Of a stretch of DNA of 64,000 nt, positions 20,292 to 31,241 are shown piece after piece. Every line of letters begins with the position of its first letter. Position 1 is the stretch's first letter. Below the pieces are notes generated by a model. It saw nothing but the letters and a program-made list of their open reading frames with translations. It was not told the DNA's origin and searched no databases. A program made the translations under genes and the position numbers. Origin of the DNA: Eubacteriaceae bacterium (GTDB taxonomy: Bacteria > Bacillota > Clostridia > Eubacteriales > Alkalibacteraceae); NCBI GenBank assembly GCA_003446375.1, contig DMAW01000007.1:1863-65862 (forward strand), written 5' to 3'.

Positions 20292-20342
20292 CGCTTTCAC
20301 CCCGCATATGTTAATTTTAGCTTATTTGCGATGTCTAGACAA

Positions 20343-21200
20343 CTATTTACCCATTTCTGTTCTTTTCTTTCCTATTAAGTCAAACCTGTTTTTGATATCA
20401 CTATAATTTTCATTTTCGATACAATCCTTAAAATAACTTATGCTTGAAATAAATTCATCTAAAATATCTACAAGCTTATCTTTATTGGCTATAAACAACT
20501 CCGCCCACATGGCAGAATTGATCATAGCTATCCTTGTCATGTCCTGAAAGCTTCCACCTCCAAACTGGGTAACCTTGTCATCTTCACTGATATCAACCAT
20601 CGATGCTGCTATTATATGGCACAATTGGCTTGTGAATGCGATTTTTTCATCATGGGTTTCAGGATCGGTTTCAATAATTTTGCCAAATCCCATTTTAGAT
20701 ATTAGGCTGCGCATCATATCTAAATTCTCAGGCATATTAGTATGAATCGGGGTAAGTATATAGTTCTTGCCTTCAAATATCTTTGCAGAAGTAAAGTCTT
20801 CTTCATTCTTTTCTCTGCCAGCCATAGGATGCCCGGGCACAAAGTCAATATCCGCTCTTAAATGCTTCATGATATCCTCCACCATTTTGCGTTTTAAGCC
20901 TACGATATCCGTAACCACTGAATTTGCTTTGAACATATCCATATTCTCTATTATGAATTTTAAGGCGTCGTGTAGGTAAAGGCATACAAATACAATATCG
21001 CATTGCGGCAATACGTCTTTGGGGTTTTGGAAGCCTTCGTCTATTAGTTCGCAGGCTTCAGCTCGCCTGAGCACTTTTTGATCCCTATCAATAGCATAAA
21101 TTTTATCAAACCCTATTTCTTTAAAACTTGCCGCATATGCGCTTCCCATGAGACCTAAACCTACAATGGCAACTTTCTTGTCCTTAAAGTCAATTTCCAT
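20343..21200 (-). CDS. tyrA: Prephenate dehydrogenase
   Basis: VGLGLMGSA Rossmann fold, GHPMAGRE, HD..IAFTSQLCH. Confidence 0.9.
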   Translation of the reverse strand: MEIDFKDKKVAIVGLGLMGSAYAASFKEIGFDKIYAIDRDQKVLRRAEACELIDEGFQNPKDVLPQCDIVFVCLYLHDALKFIIENMDMFKANSVVTDIVGLKRKMVEDIMKHLRADIDFVPGHPMAGREKNEEDFTSAKIFEGKNYILTPIHTNMPENLDMMRSLISKMGFGKIIETDPETHDEKIAFTSQLCHIIAASMVDISEDDKVTQFGGGSFQDMTRIAMINSAMWAELFIANKDKLVDILDEFISSISYFKDCIENENYSDIKNRFDLIGKKRTEMGK

Positions 21201-22217
21201 CTATTCCATTACCCTCCCCTCAATTTGAGCATACTGTTTTAAAACCTTCATCATCTGATCGAATTTTTCCGGTTTCAGAGATTGTGCTCCGTCGCATAAC
21301 GCAGTTTCGGGAGAGTTGTGAACCTCTATCATAAGCCCGTCTGCTCCTGCCGCCAAAGCCGCTTTAGCCATAGGCTCCACCATCCACCACATGCCCGTTG
21401 CATGGCTTGGATCTACGAAAACCGGAAGGTGGCTTTTTTTCTTTACAGCTGGTATGGCGCTCAAATCCAAGGTATTCCTTGTGAATGTTTCAAAAGTCCT
21501 TATTCCCCTTTCACATAATATAACCCTCTCGTTTCCTTCTTTCATAACGTATTCCGCAGACATTATCCATTCTTCTATAGTGGCCGCAAGGCCTCTTTTT
21601 ATCATTACAGGCTTATCGCACTTTCCAAGTTCCTTTAATAGCACAAAATTTTGCATGCTTCTGGCTCCCACCTGAATTATATCTACATCTTCAACAAAGG
21701 CATCGATCACATCCGTAGACATTATTTCAGAGACTATTGGCAACCCGGTTTCTTGCCTAGCAAGCTTTAAAAGCTCTAAACCGTCAAGGCCCATTCCCTG
21801 AAAACTGTAAGGTGACGTTCTAGGCTTGAATGCCCCGCCTCTTAAAAAAGCCGCTCCGGAAGCTTTAACGCTCTTAGCTACGTTAATTACCTGTTCCTCG
21901 CTCTCTACAGAGCATGGCCCGGCTATTACGCTAAATGCACTTCCCCCGACTTTTCTTCCCTCAACTTCAAATACGCTGTCTTTAGGATGAAACAACCTAT
22001 TTGCTTTTTTGTAAGGCTCTTGGACCCTGAGTACCTTTTCGACTATTTCATTTGAAGCTATGCTATCTACGTCAACAGATCTTGTATCTCCAATCAAGCC
22101 CATTACGATATGATCCACCCCTTTTGAAAAGTTGATCTCCATTCCTCTTTTAATTAAATTTTCTTTCAGCTTTTCCAATTCACTTTGCGGAGCATCCGCT
22201 CTTACCACGACTATCAT
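21201..22217 (-). CDS. aroF: DAHP synthase class I-beta with N-terminal regulatory domain
   Basis: IAGPCSVES, GGAFKPRTSPYSFQG, ILCERGIR, DPSHATG, CDGAQSL. Confidence 0.96.
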   Translation of the reverse strand: MIVVVRADAPQSELEKLKENLIKRGMEINFSKGVDHIVMGLIGDTRSVDVDSIASNEIVEKVLRVQEPYKKANRLFHPKDSVFEVEGRKVGGSAFSVIAGPCSVESEEQVINVAKSVKASGAAFLRGGAFKPRTSPYSFQGMGLDGLELLKLARQETGLPIVSEIMSTDVIDAFVEDVDIIQVGARSMQNFVLLKELGKCDKPVMIKRGLAATIEEWIMSAEYVMKEGNERVILCERGIRTFETFTRNTLDLSAIPAVKKKSHLPVFVDPSHATGMWWMVEPMAKAALAAGADGLMIEVHNSPETALCDGAQSLKPEKFDQMMKVLKQYAQIEGRVME

Positions 22218-22237
22218 TTCTTCTCCTCCTTTGTAAT

Positions 22238-22262
22238 AAAAAAAGAGACCCCATCGAGTCTC
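22238..22262 (-). terminator. Intrinsic terminator in the aroF leader (attenuator candidate)
   Basis: GAGACTC-GATG-GGGTCTC followed by T7, just ahead of the aroF GGAGG RBS. Confidence 0.8.
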
Positions 22263-22316
22263 CTTAATTTTTATCCATTAATTTCCATCTATTCTCACAA
22301 GGGCACTCCATGCCTT

Positions 22317-22433
22317 TTAACACTTATTTTTTTGTACGTCAAAATAACCAAAGCCATAATAATAGCTCCAGCTAAATCCGTAAAAATAAAAAGCGCTATC
22401 AAGTTTTTTTGCACTAAAAACCTGTTTTGACAT
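22317..22433 (-). CDS. Putative aromatic leader peptide MSKQVFSAKKLDSAFYFYGFSWSYYYGFGYFDVQKNKC (38 aa)
   Basis: GGAGG RBS 7 nt before ATG; 12 of 17 consecutive codons are Phe/Tyr/Trp; lies between promoter and terminator upstream of aroF. Confidence 0.7.
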   Translation of the reverse strand: MSKQVFSAKKLDSAFYFYGFSWSYYYGFGYFDVQKNKC

Positions 22434-22461
22434 GGTATTTCCTCCAAGATAAATTTATATC

Positions 22462-22490
22462 ATTATACTTTTAAACAATTCAATTGTCAA
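22462..22490 (-). promoter_or_regulatory. Consensus sigma-A promoter for leader-aroF-tyrA
   Basis: TTGACA (22490-22485), 17 bp, TATAAT (22467-22462). Confidence 0.85.
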
Positions 22491-22507
22491 CGCATCTTTT
22501 TTATAAA

Positions 22508-24136
22508 CTATAGTTTGTGCTTTTTGACAAATGCCTGAATGAATTCTTTATTGCTGTTTGTTCTGCCCATGGTTTCAATGAGCTTCTCAGCCACATCTGC
22601 TGAAGAATGGTTTGAAAAAACTCGGCGTATCCCTATTACAAATTTCATCTCTTCATCCGTCAATAGCTTATCTTCTCTTCTTGTACCCGATTTATAAATA
22701 TCTATTGCCGGGAAAATCCTCTTTTCTGTAAGGCTTCTATCTAGGTGCAACTCCATATTTCCAGTCCCTTTGAACTCTTCGAATACCACATCATCCATCC
22801 TGCTGCCTGTATCAATAAGAGCCGTAGCTAAAATAGTTAGGCTTCCACCCTCTTCGATATTTCTTGCAGCTCCGAAGAATTTCTTGGGAAGATAAAGCGC
22901 CTCGGGATCCAAACCACCTGAGAGAGTCCTTCCCGATGGCGGAACGACTAAATTGTTGCCTCTGGCAAACCTTGTTATGCTGTCCATCAGTATTACTACA
23001 TCTTTTCCTTGCTCTACCAGCCTTTTGGCACGTTCCAATACGATTTCTGCGACCTTTATGTGATTTGCCGGCAATTGATCAAATGTAGAATAGACTACGT
23101 CTGCTTTTACATATCTTTGTATATCTGTAACCTCTTCCGGTCTCTCATCAATCAAAAGGACTATCAGTTCGATTTCAGGATTGTTTTTTGTTATAGAATT
23201 TGCAATCTCTTTTAGAAGTATGGTCTTTCCTGCTTTTGGCGCCGCTGCTATCATCCCTCTTTGTCCTTTGCCAACAGGTGCAAAGAGATCGATTATCCTA
23301 GTAGATACTGGGAATTTCCCTGTTTCAAGCTTTATTCTTTCATCCGGGAATACCGGGGTCAGCCTCTCAAAATTCGGTCTGTTCACAACTTTTTCCGGGA
23401 CATCTCCATTTACAGTCTCTACATATAAAAGGGCATCGAATTTTTCACCTTCGTTTGGAGTCCTTATCTTTCCCACTATCTTATCTCCGGTTCTCAGCTT
23501 AAACCTTCTTATTTGAGATGGAGATACGTAAATATCGTTGTCTCCAGAGAGATAGTTGTTAGTCCTTAAAAAACCAAAGCCGTCACTTAAAACATCCAAT
23601 ATTCCCATCTGAGACTTGCCATATCTGCTCATATCATTTTTTTCGGGATTATTCATGAGATCTTCTTCTTCCTTCATGATCTCACTGGTGCTTCTGCCAT
23701 TTACGCTTTCGACAAAAAGCATGGCATAGTATTTTTCTCCCTCTCGGGGACTTCTTACTTTTCCTTTGATTTCATTTCCGGACCTGAGCTTAAATTTTTG
23801 AATCTGAGATGCAGAGACGTAAACGTATTCTTCCGGAGACTCCATGCTGTCGTTTTTTAAGAATCCAAAGCCTTCGGGAAGTACCTGCAATGTTCCGGAA
23901 AGATCGAAAGCAGAATCTACAGGATCTTTTAATCTGGCATATTTGCCTCCGTTTTTTTCTTCTACATTGATTGTTGAAACCTTTTCATTTAAGTCGAGCT
24001 TCTCCTTGGGCGCAGTTTCCTTAAGAAGCTCCACGAGTTCTTCTTTTTTGAGCTTAGTGTAGTTTTTAAGTCCTGCATCTTTTGCTTTTTGCCGCAATTC
24101 TGCTACGGTCATGCTATCGAGATCGATCTTGCTCAA
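22508..24136 (-). CDS. rho: Transcription termination factor Rho with duplicated RNA-binding domain
   Basis: Rho_N helices, two GFGFL...YVS.SQI OB domains, GKGQRG, APKAGKT, DERPEE, FGAARN, GNMELHL. Confidence 0.97.
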   Translation of the reverse strand: MSKIDLDSMTVAELRQKAKDAGLKNYTKLKKEELVELLKETAPKEKLDLNEKVSTINVEEKNGGKYARLKDPVDSAFDLSGTLQVLPEGFGFLKNDSMESPEEYVYVSASQIQKFKLRSGNEIKGKVRSPREGEKYYAMLFVESVNGRSTSEIMKEEEDLMNNPEKNDMSRYGKSQMGILDVLSDGFGFLRTNNYLSGDNDIYVSPSQIRRFKLRTGDKIVGKIRTPNEGEKFDALLYVETVNGDVPEKVVNRPNFERLTPVFPDERIKLETGKFPVSTRIIDLFAPVGKGQRGMIAAAPKAGKTILLKEIANSITKNNPEIELIVLLIDERPEEVTDIQRYVKADVVYSTFDQLPANHIKVAEIVLERAKRLVEQGKDVVILMDSITRFARGNNLVVPPSGRTLSGGLDPEALYLPKKFFGAARNIEEGGSLTILATALIDTGSRMDDVVFEEFKGTGNMELHLDRSLTEKRIFPAIDIYKSGTRREDKLLTDEEMKFVIGIRRVFSNHSSADVAEKLIETMGRTNSNKEFIQAFVKKHKL

Positions 24137-24319
24137 GCAAACACCTCCTATTGAATTTTTATTGAATTTATTTGGAATATATGATTTCTAAAGAAATTTA
24201 TAATATTTTGCAGTAATTCTGAGAGTTGGAACAATATTTGAACTAAAAATTCAGACATCATTGTTATGATATAATAAATAATCTTGCAATGTCAATAGCG
24301 CTTTTTAATGGCAATTAAC

Positions 24320-24574
24320 TTATCCACAACCTGTGATTAACTTGTTCTTAACATCTTGTGAACAACTCTTGTGCCTCAAATTTTGTTAAATACAACATCC
24401 TGTTTATCTGTGGGTAGTTTTTGCTCAAAAATCGGAGTTATCCACATTGTCCACAGTTTCGCCCCTCCTTATCCACATTCAGTTGAGATTTTGTGGGTAA
24501 ATGCTGTGGAAAACTATATTTATCAACAGAAACGTCCCACCAACATATTGTATGTTGGTGGGACTCTGTTCACA
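24320..24574. promoter_or_regulatory. DnaA-box cluster
   Basis: TTATCCACA at 24320, 24438, 24469; TTTTCCACA (minus) at 24505; about 7 further 1-2 mismatch boxes in both orientations. Confidence 0.85.
24534..24564 (-). terminator. Probable pyrG terminator hairpin (14-bp stem)
   Basis: GTCCCACCAACATA-TTG-TATGTTGGTGGGAC about 20 nt after pyrG stop. Confidence 0.7.
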
Positions 24575-24584
24575 ATATCCATAT

Positions 24585-26183
<1,599 letters not shown>

Positions 26184-26233
26184 TTATCCTCCAGATATAT
26201 TTAAATTATTTTGCTTTTCTCACTATAGTAATC

Positions 26234-26262
26234 ATTATATATTTTATTTAACATTCCTTCAA
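26234..26262 (-). promoter_or_regulatory. Probable pyrG promoter
   Basis: TTGAAG, 17 bp, TATAAT. Confidence 0.55.
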
Positions 26263-26364
26263 TGAATTCTTGCTTCAAATGCTTTTAATTACTACTCGCT
26301 TCAACAATCAAACCGTTATATTTTACATTATCCAGGGGTAAAAGTAAAGGGGAAATAAAAAAGA

Positions 26365-26397
26365 AATGCCCTGAAAACCGTTGGTTTTCAGGGCATT
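26365..26397 (-). terminator. Terminator after transketolase
   Basis: AATGCCCTGAAAACC...GGTTTTCAGGGCATT followed by T-rich run on minus strand. Confidence 0.75.
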
Positions 26398-26400
26398 GTA

Positions 26401-27339
26401 TTACTTTCTTGCGATTGCTTTTTTTGCAGCTTCTACAATATCTTTTGCAGTAAGCCCGTACTTTTCTAAAAGTTCATCCGGGGTACCGGATTCACCAAAA
26501 GTATCGTTGATGCCCACCATCTCAAGAGGCGCAAATTCTTTTTTCACAAGAACTTCTGCAACAGCAGAACCCAGTCCTCCAATTATGCTATGCTCTTCAG
26601 CTGTAACAATAGCTTTAGTTTCCTTAGCAGCCTTTACTACAGCATCTTCATCAAGAGGCTTGATTGTTCCCATGTTTATTACTCTTGCAGAGATTCCTTC
26701 TGCTTCAAGGGTCTTTTGAGCTTCCATAGCTGTTGAAGTCATTATTCCTGTAGCAATTATAGTCACATCGTTTCCTTCTTTAAGCTGAGCAGCTTTTCCA
26801 ATTTCAAATTCATAACCCTCATCAAACAGAACAGGAAGATTTGGTCTTCCTAACCTTAAATAAACCGGTCCGTTATATTCTGCTGCAGCTTTTACCATCT
26901 TCTTAGTCTCGACTCCGTCTGCCGGACAAAGCACGACCATATTCGGGATTGATCTCATAAGGGATAAATCTTCAACTGATTGGTGCGTAGCTCCGTCTTC
27001 TCCAACAGTAAGTCCTGAGTGAGTCAACGCTATCTTTACATTAAGCTTAGGATAAGCTATCGAGTTTCTGATTACTTCAAAAGCTCTTCCGGCTCCAAAC
27101 ATTGCAAATGTCGAAGCAAAAGGAATTTTTCCTGTTGCTGCAAATCCCGCCGCAATACCCATCATGTTCTGTTCAGCAATGCCGCAGTTAAAATGTCTTT
27201 TAGGAAATTCTTTTCCAAAGGTTGCTGTATTTGTAGATTTGGAAAGATCCGCATCCAGTACAACGATATTTTCATTTTCCTTGCCCAGTTCCGCGAGGGC
27301 GTTACCATAAGCCGCTCTAGTTGCTATCATATCCGCCAT
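26401..27339 (-). CDS. Transketolase C-terminal subunit
   Basis: DADLSKST, GIAEQNM, DGATHQS, EEHSIIGGLG. Confidence 0.93.
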   Translation of the reverse strand: MADMIATRAAYGNALAELGKENENIVVLDADLSKSTNTATFGKEFPKRHFNCGIAEQNMMGIAAGFAATGKIPFASTFAMFGAGRAFEVIRNSIAYPKLNVKIALTHSGLTVGEDGATHQSVEDLSLMRSIPNMVVLCPADGVETKKMVKAAAEYNGPVYLRLGRPNLPVLFDEGYEFEIGKAAQLKEGNDVTIIATGIMTSTAMEAQKTLEAEGISARVINMGTIKPLDEDAVVKAAKETKAIVTAEEHSIIGGLGSAVAEVLVKKEFAPLEMVGINDTFGESGTPDELLEKYGLTAKDIVEAAKKAIARK

Positions 27340-28163
27340 TACAGTGTACCTCCCAACTCTTCTAATTCTTTAAGCGCCTGTGCAGTTTGGTCTGCATTAG
27401 GAGCAGAACCGTGCCATCCAGCCTGGTCTTCCATAAAAGACACGCCTTTTCCTTTTACTGTCTTACATATTATTGCAGTCGGTTTTCCAAAGACTGTCTT
27501 CTTTAAAGCCTCTCTAAGTTCATCCATGTCGTGGCCGTCTTCAACCACAACCACATTCCAATTAAAGGCTTCAAATTTCTTGTCTATTGGTTCAGGTCCC
27601 ATTACATCGCAGATTTTTCCGTCTATTTGCAGTCCATTGTAGTCGATAAATGCAACTAGGTTGTCTACATAGTAGTGGCCCGCAGCCATTACTGCTTCCC
27701 ATATCATACCTTCCTGAAGCTCGCCATCTCCTACTAGCGCGTACACTTTGTAATCTTTTTTATCCATTCTTGCCGCCATGGCCATTCCAATTGCAGCAGA
27801 CAATCCTTGACCTAAGGATCCGGTGCTCATGTCTACTCCCGGAACTCCCTTCATGTCAGGATGTCCTTGAAGCTTGCTGTTTATTTTTCTAAATGTCATA
27901 AGTTCGTCCTTGCCAAAGTAACCTCTCTCTGCCAATGTTGCATACAGCAGTGGAGATGCATGTCCTTTTGACATTACGAATCTGTCTCTGTCTGGATTTT
28001 TAGGATCCTTTGGGTCATTGTTCATTACCTCAAAGTATAGCAGGGACATAATTTCCACCCCTGATAACGATCCTCCCGGATGACCGGATTTTGCATTGGA
28101 AATCTGCTTGATGATGCTTTGCCTGATGTTATTGGCAACAACCTTTAAATCAGCCATTTTCAT
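27339..28163 (-). CDS. Transketolase N-terminal subunit
   Basis: GHPGGSLS, SKGHAS, LQGHP, GSLGQG, GDGELQEG. Confidence 0.93.
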   Translation of the reverse strand: MKMADLKVVANNIRQSIIKQISNAKSGHPGGSLSGVEIMSLLYFEVMNNDPKDPKNPDRDRFVMSKGHASPLLYATLAERGYFGKDELMTFRKINSKLQGHPDMKGVPGVDMSTGSLGQGLSAAIGMAMAARMDKKDYKVYALVGDGELQEGMIWEAVMAAGHYYVDNLVAFIDYNGLQIDGKICDVMGPEPIDKKFEAFNWNVVVVEDGHDMDELREALKKTVFGKPTAIICKTVKGKGVSFMEDQAGWHGSAPNADQTAQALKELEELGGTL

Positions 28164-28171
28164 ACCTCCTG

Positions 28172-29035
28172 TTAGTTTTCTATTTTTTTAAAGCCTTCGC
28201 CTAAAACTTCATAGACATCGGCCAAAATGACAAACGCATGTGGATCTATCTGCTTTACTATATCCTTCATCTGAAATACCTGTGCTCTGTGCACGATGCA
28301 AAATACTACTTCTTTGTCTTCACCAGTGTAGCCGCCGCGACCTTTGAGCATGGTAACTCCCCTGTCAAGTTCTTCTATTATAGCTGTTCCTATTTCATCG
28401 GATTTTTTGCTAATTATATAAAATGCCTTTGCATAGCTGATTCCTTCCTGAATCAAGTCGATCATCTTCATCGATAGGTAGAGAGTCAAAGTCGAGTACA
28501 GAGATATCTCCATGTTCTTAAAAGCCAATCCTGCAGTTACTACGACCATGAAGTCAATTAGCATAAGCCAAGTGCCTATGGATATTCCTTTAAAATACTT
28601 GTGCATTATCGATGCCAATAAATCCGTTCCGCCTGTAGTTCCTCCAAACTTAAATACTATGCCTATTCCAAGGCCCAATACCACTCCCCCAAAAACAGAA
28701 GCAAGGAATATATCGTTTGTCAGCACCGGCGTTCTCATTATTATATCTACATTTAGCGAAAAAAGAACCGTGCCAAAAAACGTCTTGACCCCAAATCGAC
28801 CACCCAGTATTTTAAAAGATACAAAAAAGAGAGGGATAGTAAATATAAGTGTCACCAAGCCTACCGGATAACCTGTCACGTGATACAAGACTGTGGCCAG
28901 TCCGCTAAAGCCTCCGGGAGCAATTTTATTTGGTATGCTCAAAGAATTGAATCCAAGAGCCATTATCATCGTTCCCAGCGTAATCCCCAGATAATCTTTA
29001 ATTTCACTTTTAACGGATTTGAATCTACTTTTCAT
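28172..29035 (-). CDS. YitT family membrane protein (DUF161/DUF2179)
   Basis: APGGFSG, GGTTGGTD, C-terminal IDPHAFV; likely start MKSRFK at 29035. Confidence 0.88.
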   Translation of the reverse strand: MKSRFKSVKSEIKDYLGITLGTMIMALGFNSLSIPNKIAPGGFSGLATVLYHVTGYPVGLVTLIFTIPLFFVSFKILGGRFGVKTFFGTVLFSLNVDIIMRTPVLTNDIFLASVFGGVVLGLGIGIVFKFGGTTGGTDLLASIMHKYFKGISIGTWLMLIDFMVVVTAGLAFKNMEISLYSTLTLYLSMKMIDLIQEGISYAKAFYIISKKSDEIGTAIIEELDRGVTMLKGRGGYTGEDKEVVFCIVHRAQVFQMKDIVKQIDPHAFVILADVYEVLGEGFKKIEN

Positions 29036-29293
29036 GACAAGCACCTCTCTATCCAAAATCCAACGTCATTATATCACACAAAATTCCTAGCGGATATAGT
29101 ATAACACTTTGTAAACGTACTCAACTTTAAACTTTTGCTCAAAACGTTATTTTTTTGGCATTTATTTCTATAAACCGTTCAATTCTTTCACACTATCAAC
29201 ATTGTATACAATGTCCTGTATTATCAAGGTTTTCTTGGTACTGCTAAAGCATTTAATGCTATGATATGCCCTTATACTGACATACATAAAGCA

Positions 29294-29321
29294 AACAACC
29301 TAGCTGATTAACCAGGTTGTT
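29294..29321 (-). terminator. Probable terminator after alr
   Basis: AACAACCT...AGGTTGTT inverted repeat. Confidence 0.55.
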
Positions 29322-29387
29322 ACATAAATTTATCGCTTTGATTCTTATATTGTCAATCTAATAAAATTAAATGTGACCTACTATTTC

Positions 29388-30527
29388 TTATTCAACAATT
29401 GGGTTGACGACTTTATGAACTACACCTTCTTTTATATATACTTTAGGCACCCGCTCTTTGGTCATGCAGCTTATTTCATAGTTTATGGTCCCCATATGCT
29501 CAGCAATTTCCTCAATAGGCAACCCTTCACCGTACAACACGACCTTGTCACCCACGGCGAGGTCTTTTGAGCCTGTTATATCAACGATAATCTGATCCAT
29601 GCAGACAGTCCCTATCACCGGATATCTCTTGCCTTTAATCACTACCTGGGCTTTATTTGACAAAAGCCTGCTGTAACCGTCAGCGTATCCAACCGGCAAA
29701 GTGGCGACCAACATCTTCTTTTTTGCAATATATGTCCTGCCATAGCTTACGCTTTCTCCTGGATATATATATTTGATATGTGCTATTCGCGTAAAGAATG
29801 CCTTTACAGGCTTTAGCTTTACTGAATCCCTTCCGACCTCTTCTGAGGGCATCAAGCCATAGAGCATTATTCCTGGTCTGACCATATCGTAGTGGCTTTC
29901 TTTTATATCTATTATCCCGCCACTGTTAGCCATGTGCTTTATAGGAATATTCAATCCCATTTTTTCAAGATCTAAAATCGTTTCTTCAAAAATTCTAAGC
30001 TGCCTGTACGAATACGTCTTGTCTCTTTGATCAGAAACAGCAAAATGAGAAAATATGCCTTCAATCTCAATATTTTTCATACCGGCTATTTCCATTATTG
30101 CGCTTATGCTTTCTTCTTTCCTAAACCCAAGCCTTCCCATCCCGGTATCCAATTTTACGTGTATCTTTACAGCTTTACTTGCTCTTTTAGAAAGCTCTCT
30201 GGCAAAGTCCACTTGATATACAGTTGGTGTCAAACCCCATTTTATTATCTTGTCAATATGATCTTTTGGCGTGTATCCCATTATCAGTATCGGCGCCTCT
30301 ATTCCGTTTTTTCTAAGCTGTATTCCTTCATCATCAACAGCGACTCCAAAACATTTGCTGCCTTCTTCATATAGGGCTCTTGCACATTCCACCGCACCAT
30401 GACCATATGAATCAGCCTTTACAATGGGCATTACCGTAACGTCTTTTCCAACATGCCTTTGAATGTTGCAATAATTTTCTATTAGGTTATCTAAATTGAT
30501 TTCACACCAGGTTGGTCGGTATTCCAT
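29388..30527 (-). CDS. alr: Alanine racemase
   Basis: VKADSYGHG (PLP lysine), DTGMGRLG, MVRPGIMLYG, GYADG, VCMDQ. Confidence 0.97.
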   Translation of the reverse strand: MEYRPTWCEINLDNLIENYCNIQRHVGKDVTVMPIVKADSYGHGAVECARALYEEGSKCFGVAVDDEGIQLRKNGIEAPILIMGYTPKDHIDKIIKWGLTPTVYQVDFARELSKRASKAVKIHVKLDTGMGRLGFRKEESISAIMEIAGMKNIEIEGIFSHFAVSDQRDKTYSYRQLRIFEETILDLEKMGLNIPIKHMANSGGIIDIKESHYDMVRPGIMLYGLMPSEEVGRDSVKLKPVKAFFTRIAHIKYIYPGESVSYGRTYIAKKKMLVATLPVGYADGYSRLLSNKAQVVIKGKRYPVIGTVCMDQIIVDITGSKDLAVGDKVVLYGEGLPIEEIAEHMGTINYEISCMTKERVPKVYIKEGVVHKVVNPIVE

Positions 30528-30543
30528 TTTGCTTCCTCCAAAC

Positions 30544-31227
30544 TCACATAGCTAAAAGCATCTTTTCCAATATGATACATGACTTCTTTGCCGATTCTTC
30601 CATAAACGAACCATAGTCAAGCTCAACCTCTTCATTGGCCTTGTCAGAAATCGCCCTGATAACTATAAATGGTATGTCGTTAAGATAGCACACATGAGCT
30701 ATGGCTCCCCCTTCCATCTCAACGCACCACCCCTTAAAAGCATCGTGTAAAAATTCCTTTGTAACGCTGTCACCAATGGCTTGATCGCCGGTTAGTATCC
30801 TTCCCTTATGCAGGTGTCCGCTTCCGTTAATGCTGTCGCACGCATTAAGGAATCTCTTATCAGTCTTGAATATGCTTACATCCATTCCGGGTATTACCCC
30901 CCTTGGGTCTCCAAATATCGATGCATCTATATCATGCTGCATCACTTCCGTTGCAATTACGATATCTCCTACTTCAAGGTCCGGATGCAACGCCCCTGCC
31001 ACTCCACTGTTTATAATTGCTCCTACATTAAATATATCAATCAATATCTGCGCGCACATAGTTGCATTTACTTTGCCGATTCCGGATTTGACAAGCACTA
31101 TGGGGCTTTCATTAAGCATGCCTTCATAAAACACCAAGGTTGCTACCGTCCTTTGGCTCTTAAGCTTCATCTTTTCCTTTAACATGGCTATCTCTGTTTC
31201 CATTGCTCCGATTATTCCAATTCTCAT
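30544..31227 (-). CDS. mtnN: 5'-methylthioadenosine/S-adenosylhomocysteine nucleosidase
   Basis: IIGAMETE, SGIGKVNA, VEMEGGAIA, RAISDKA. Confidence 0.95.
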   Translation of the reverse strand: MRIGIIGAMETEIAMLKEKMKLKSQRTVATLVFYEGMLNESPIVLVKSGIGKVNATMCAQILIDIFNVGAIINSGVAGALHPDLEVGDIVIATEVMQHDIDASIFGDPRGVIPGMDVSIFKTDKRFLNACDSINGSGHLHKGRILTGDQAIGDSVTKEFLHDAFKGWCVEMEGGAIAHVCYLNDIPFIVIRAISDKANEEVELDYGSFMEESAKKSCIILEKMLLAM

Positions 31228-31241
31228 GCTTTAAGCCTCCT

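Noticed and set aside
22185-22430. 81-aa plus-strand ORF
   Set aside because: Antisense to the aroF leader and aroF start; promoter and RBS signals are on the minus strand
27019-27642. 207-aa plus-strand ORF
   Set aside because: Antisense to both transketolase subunits
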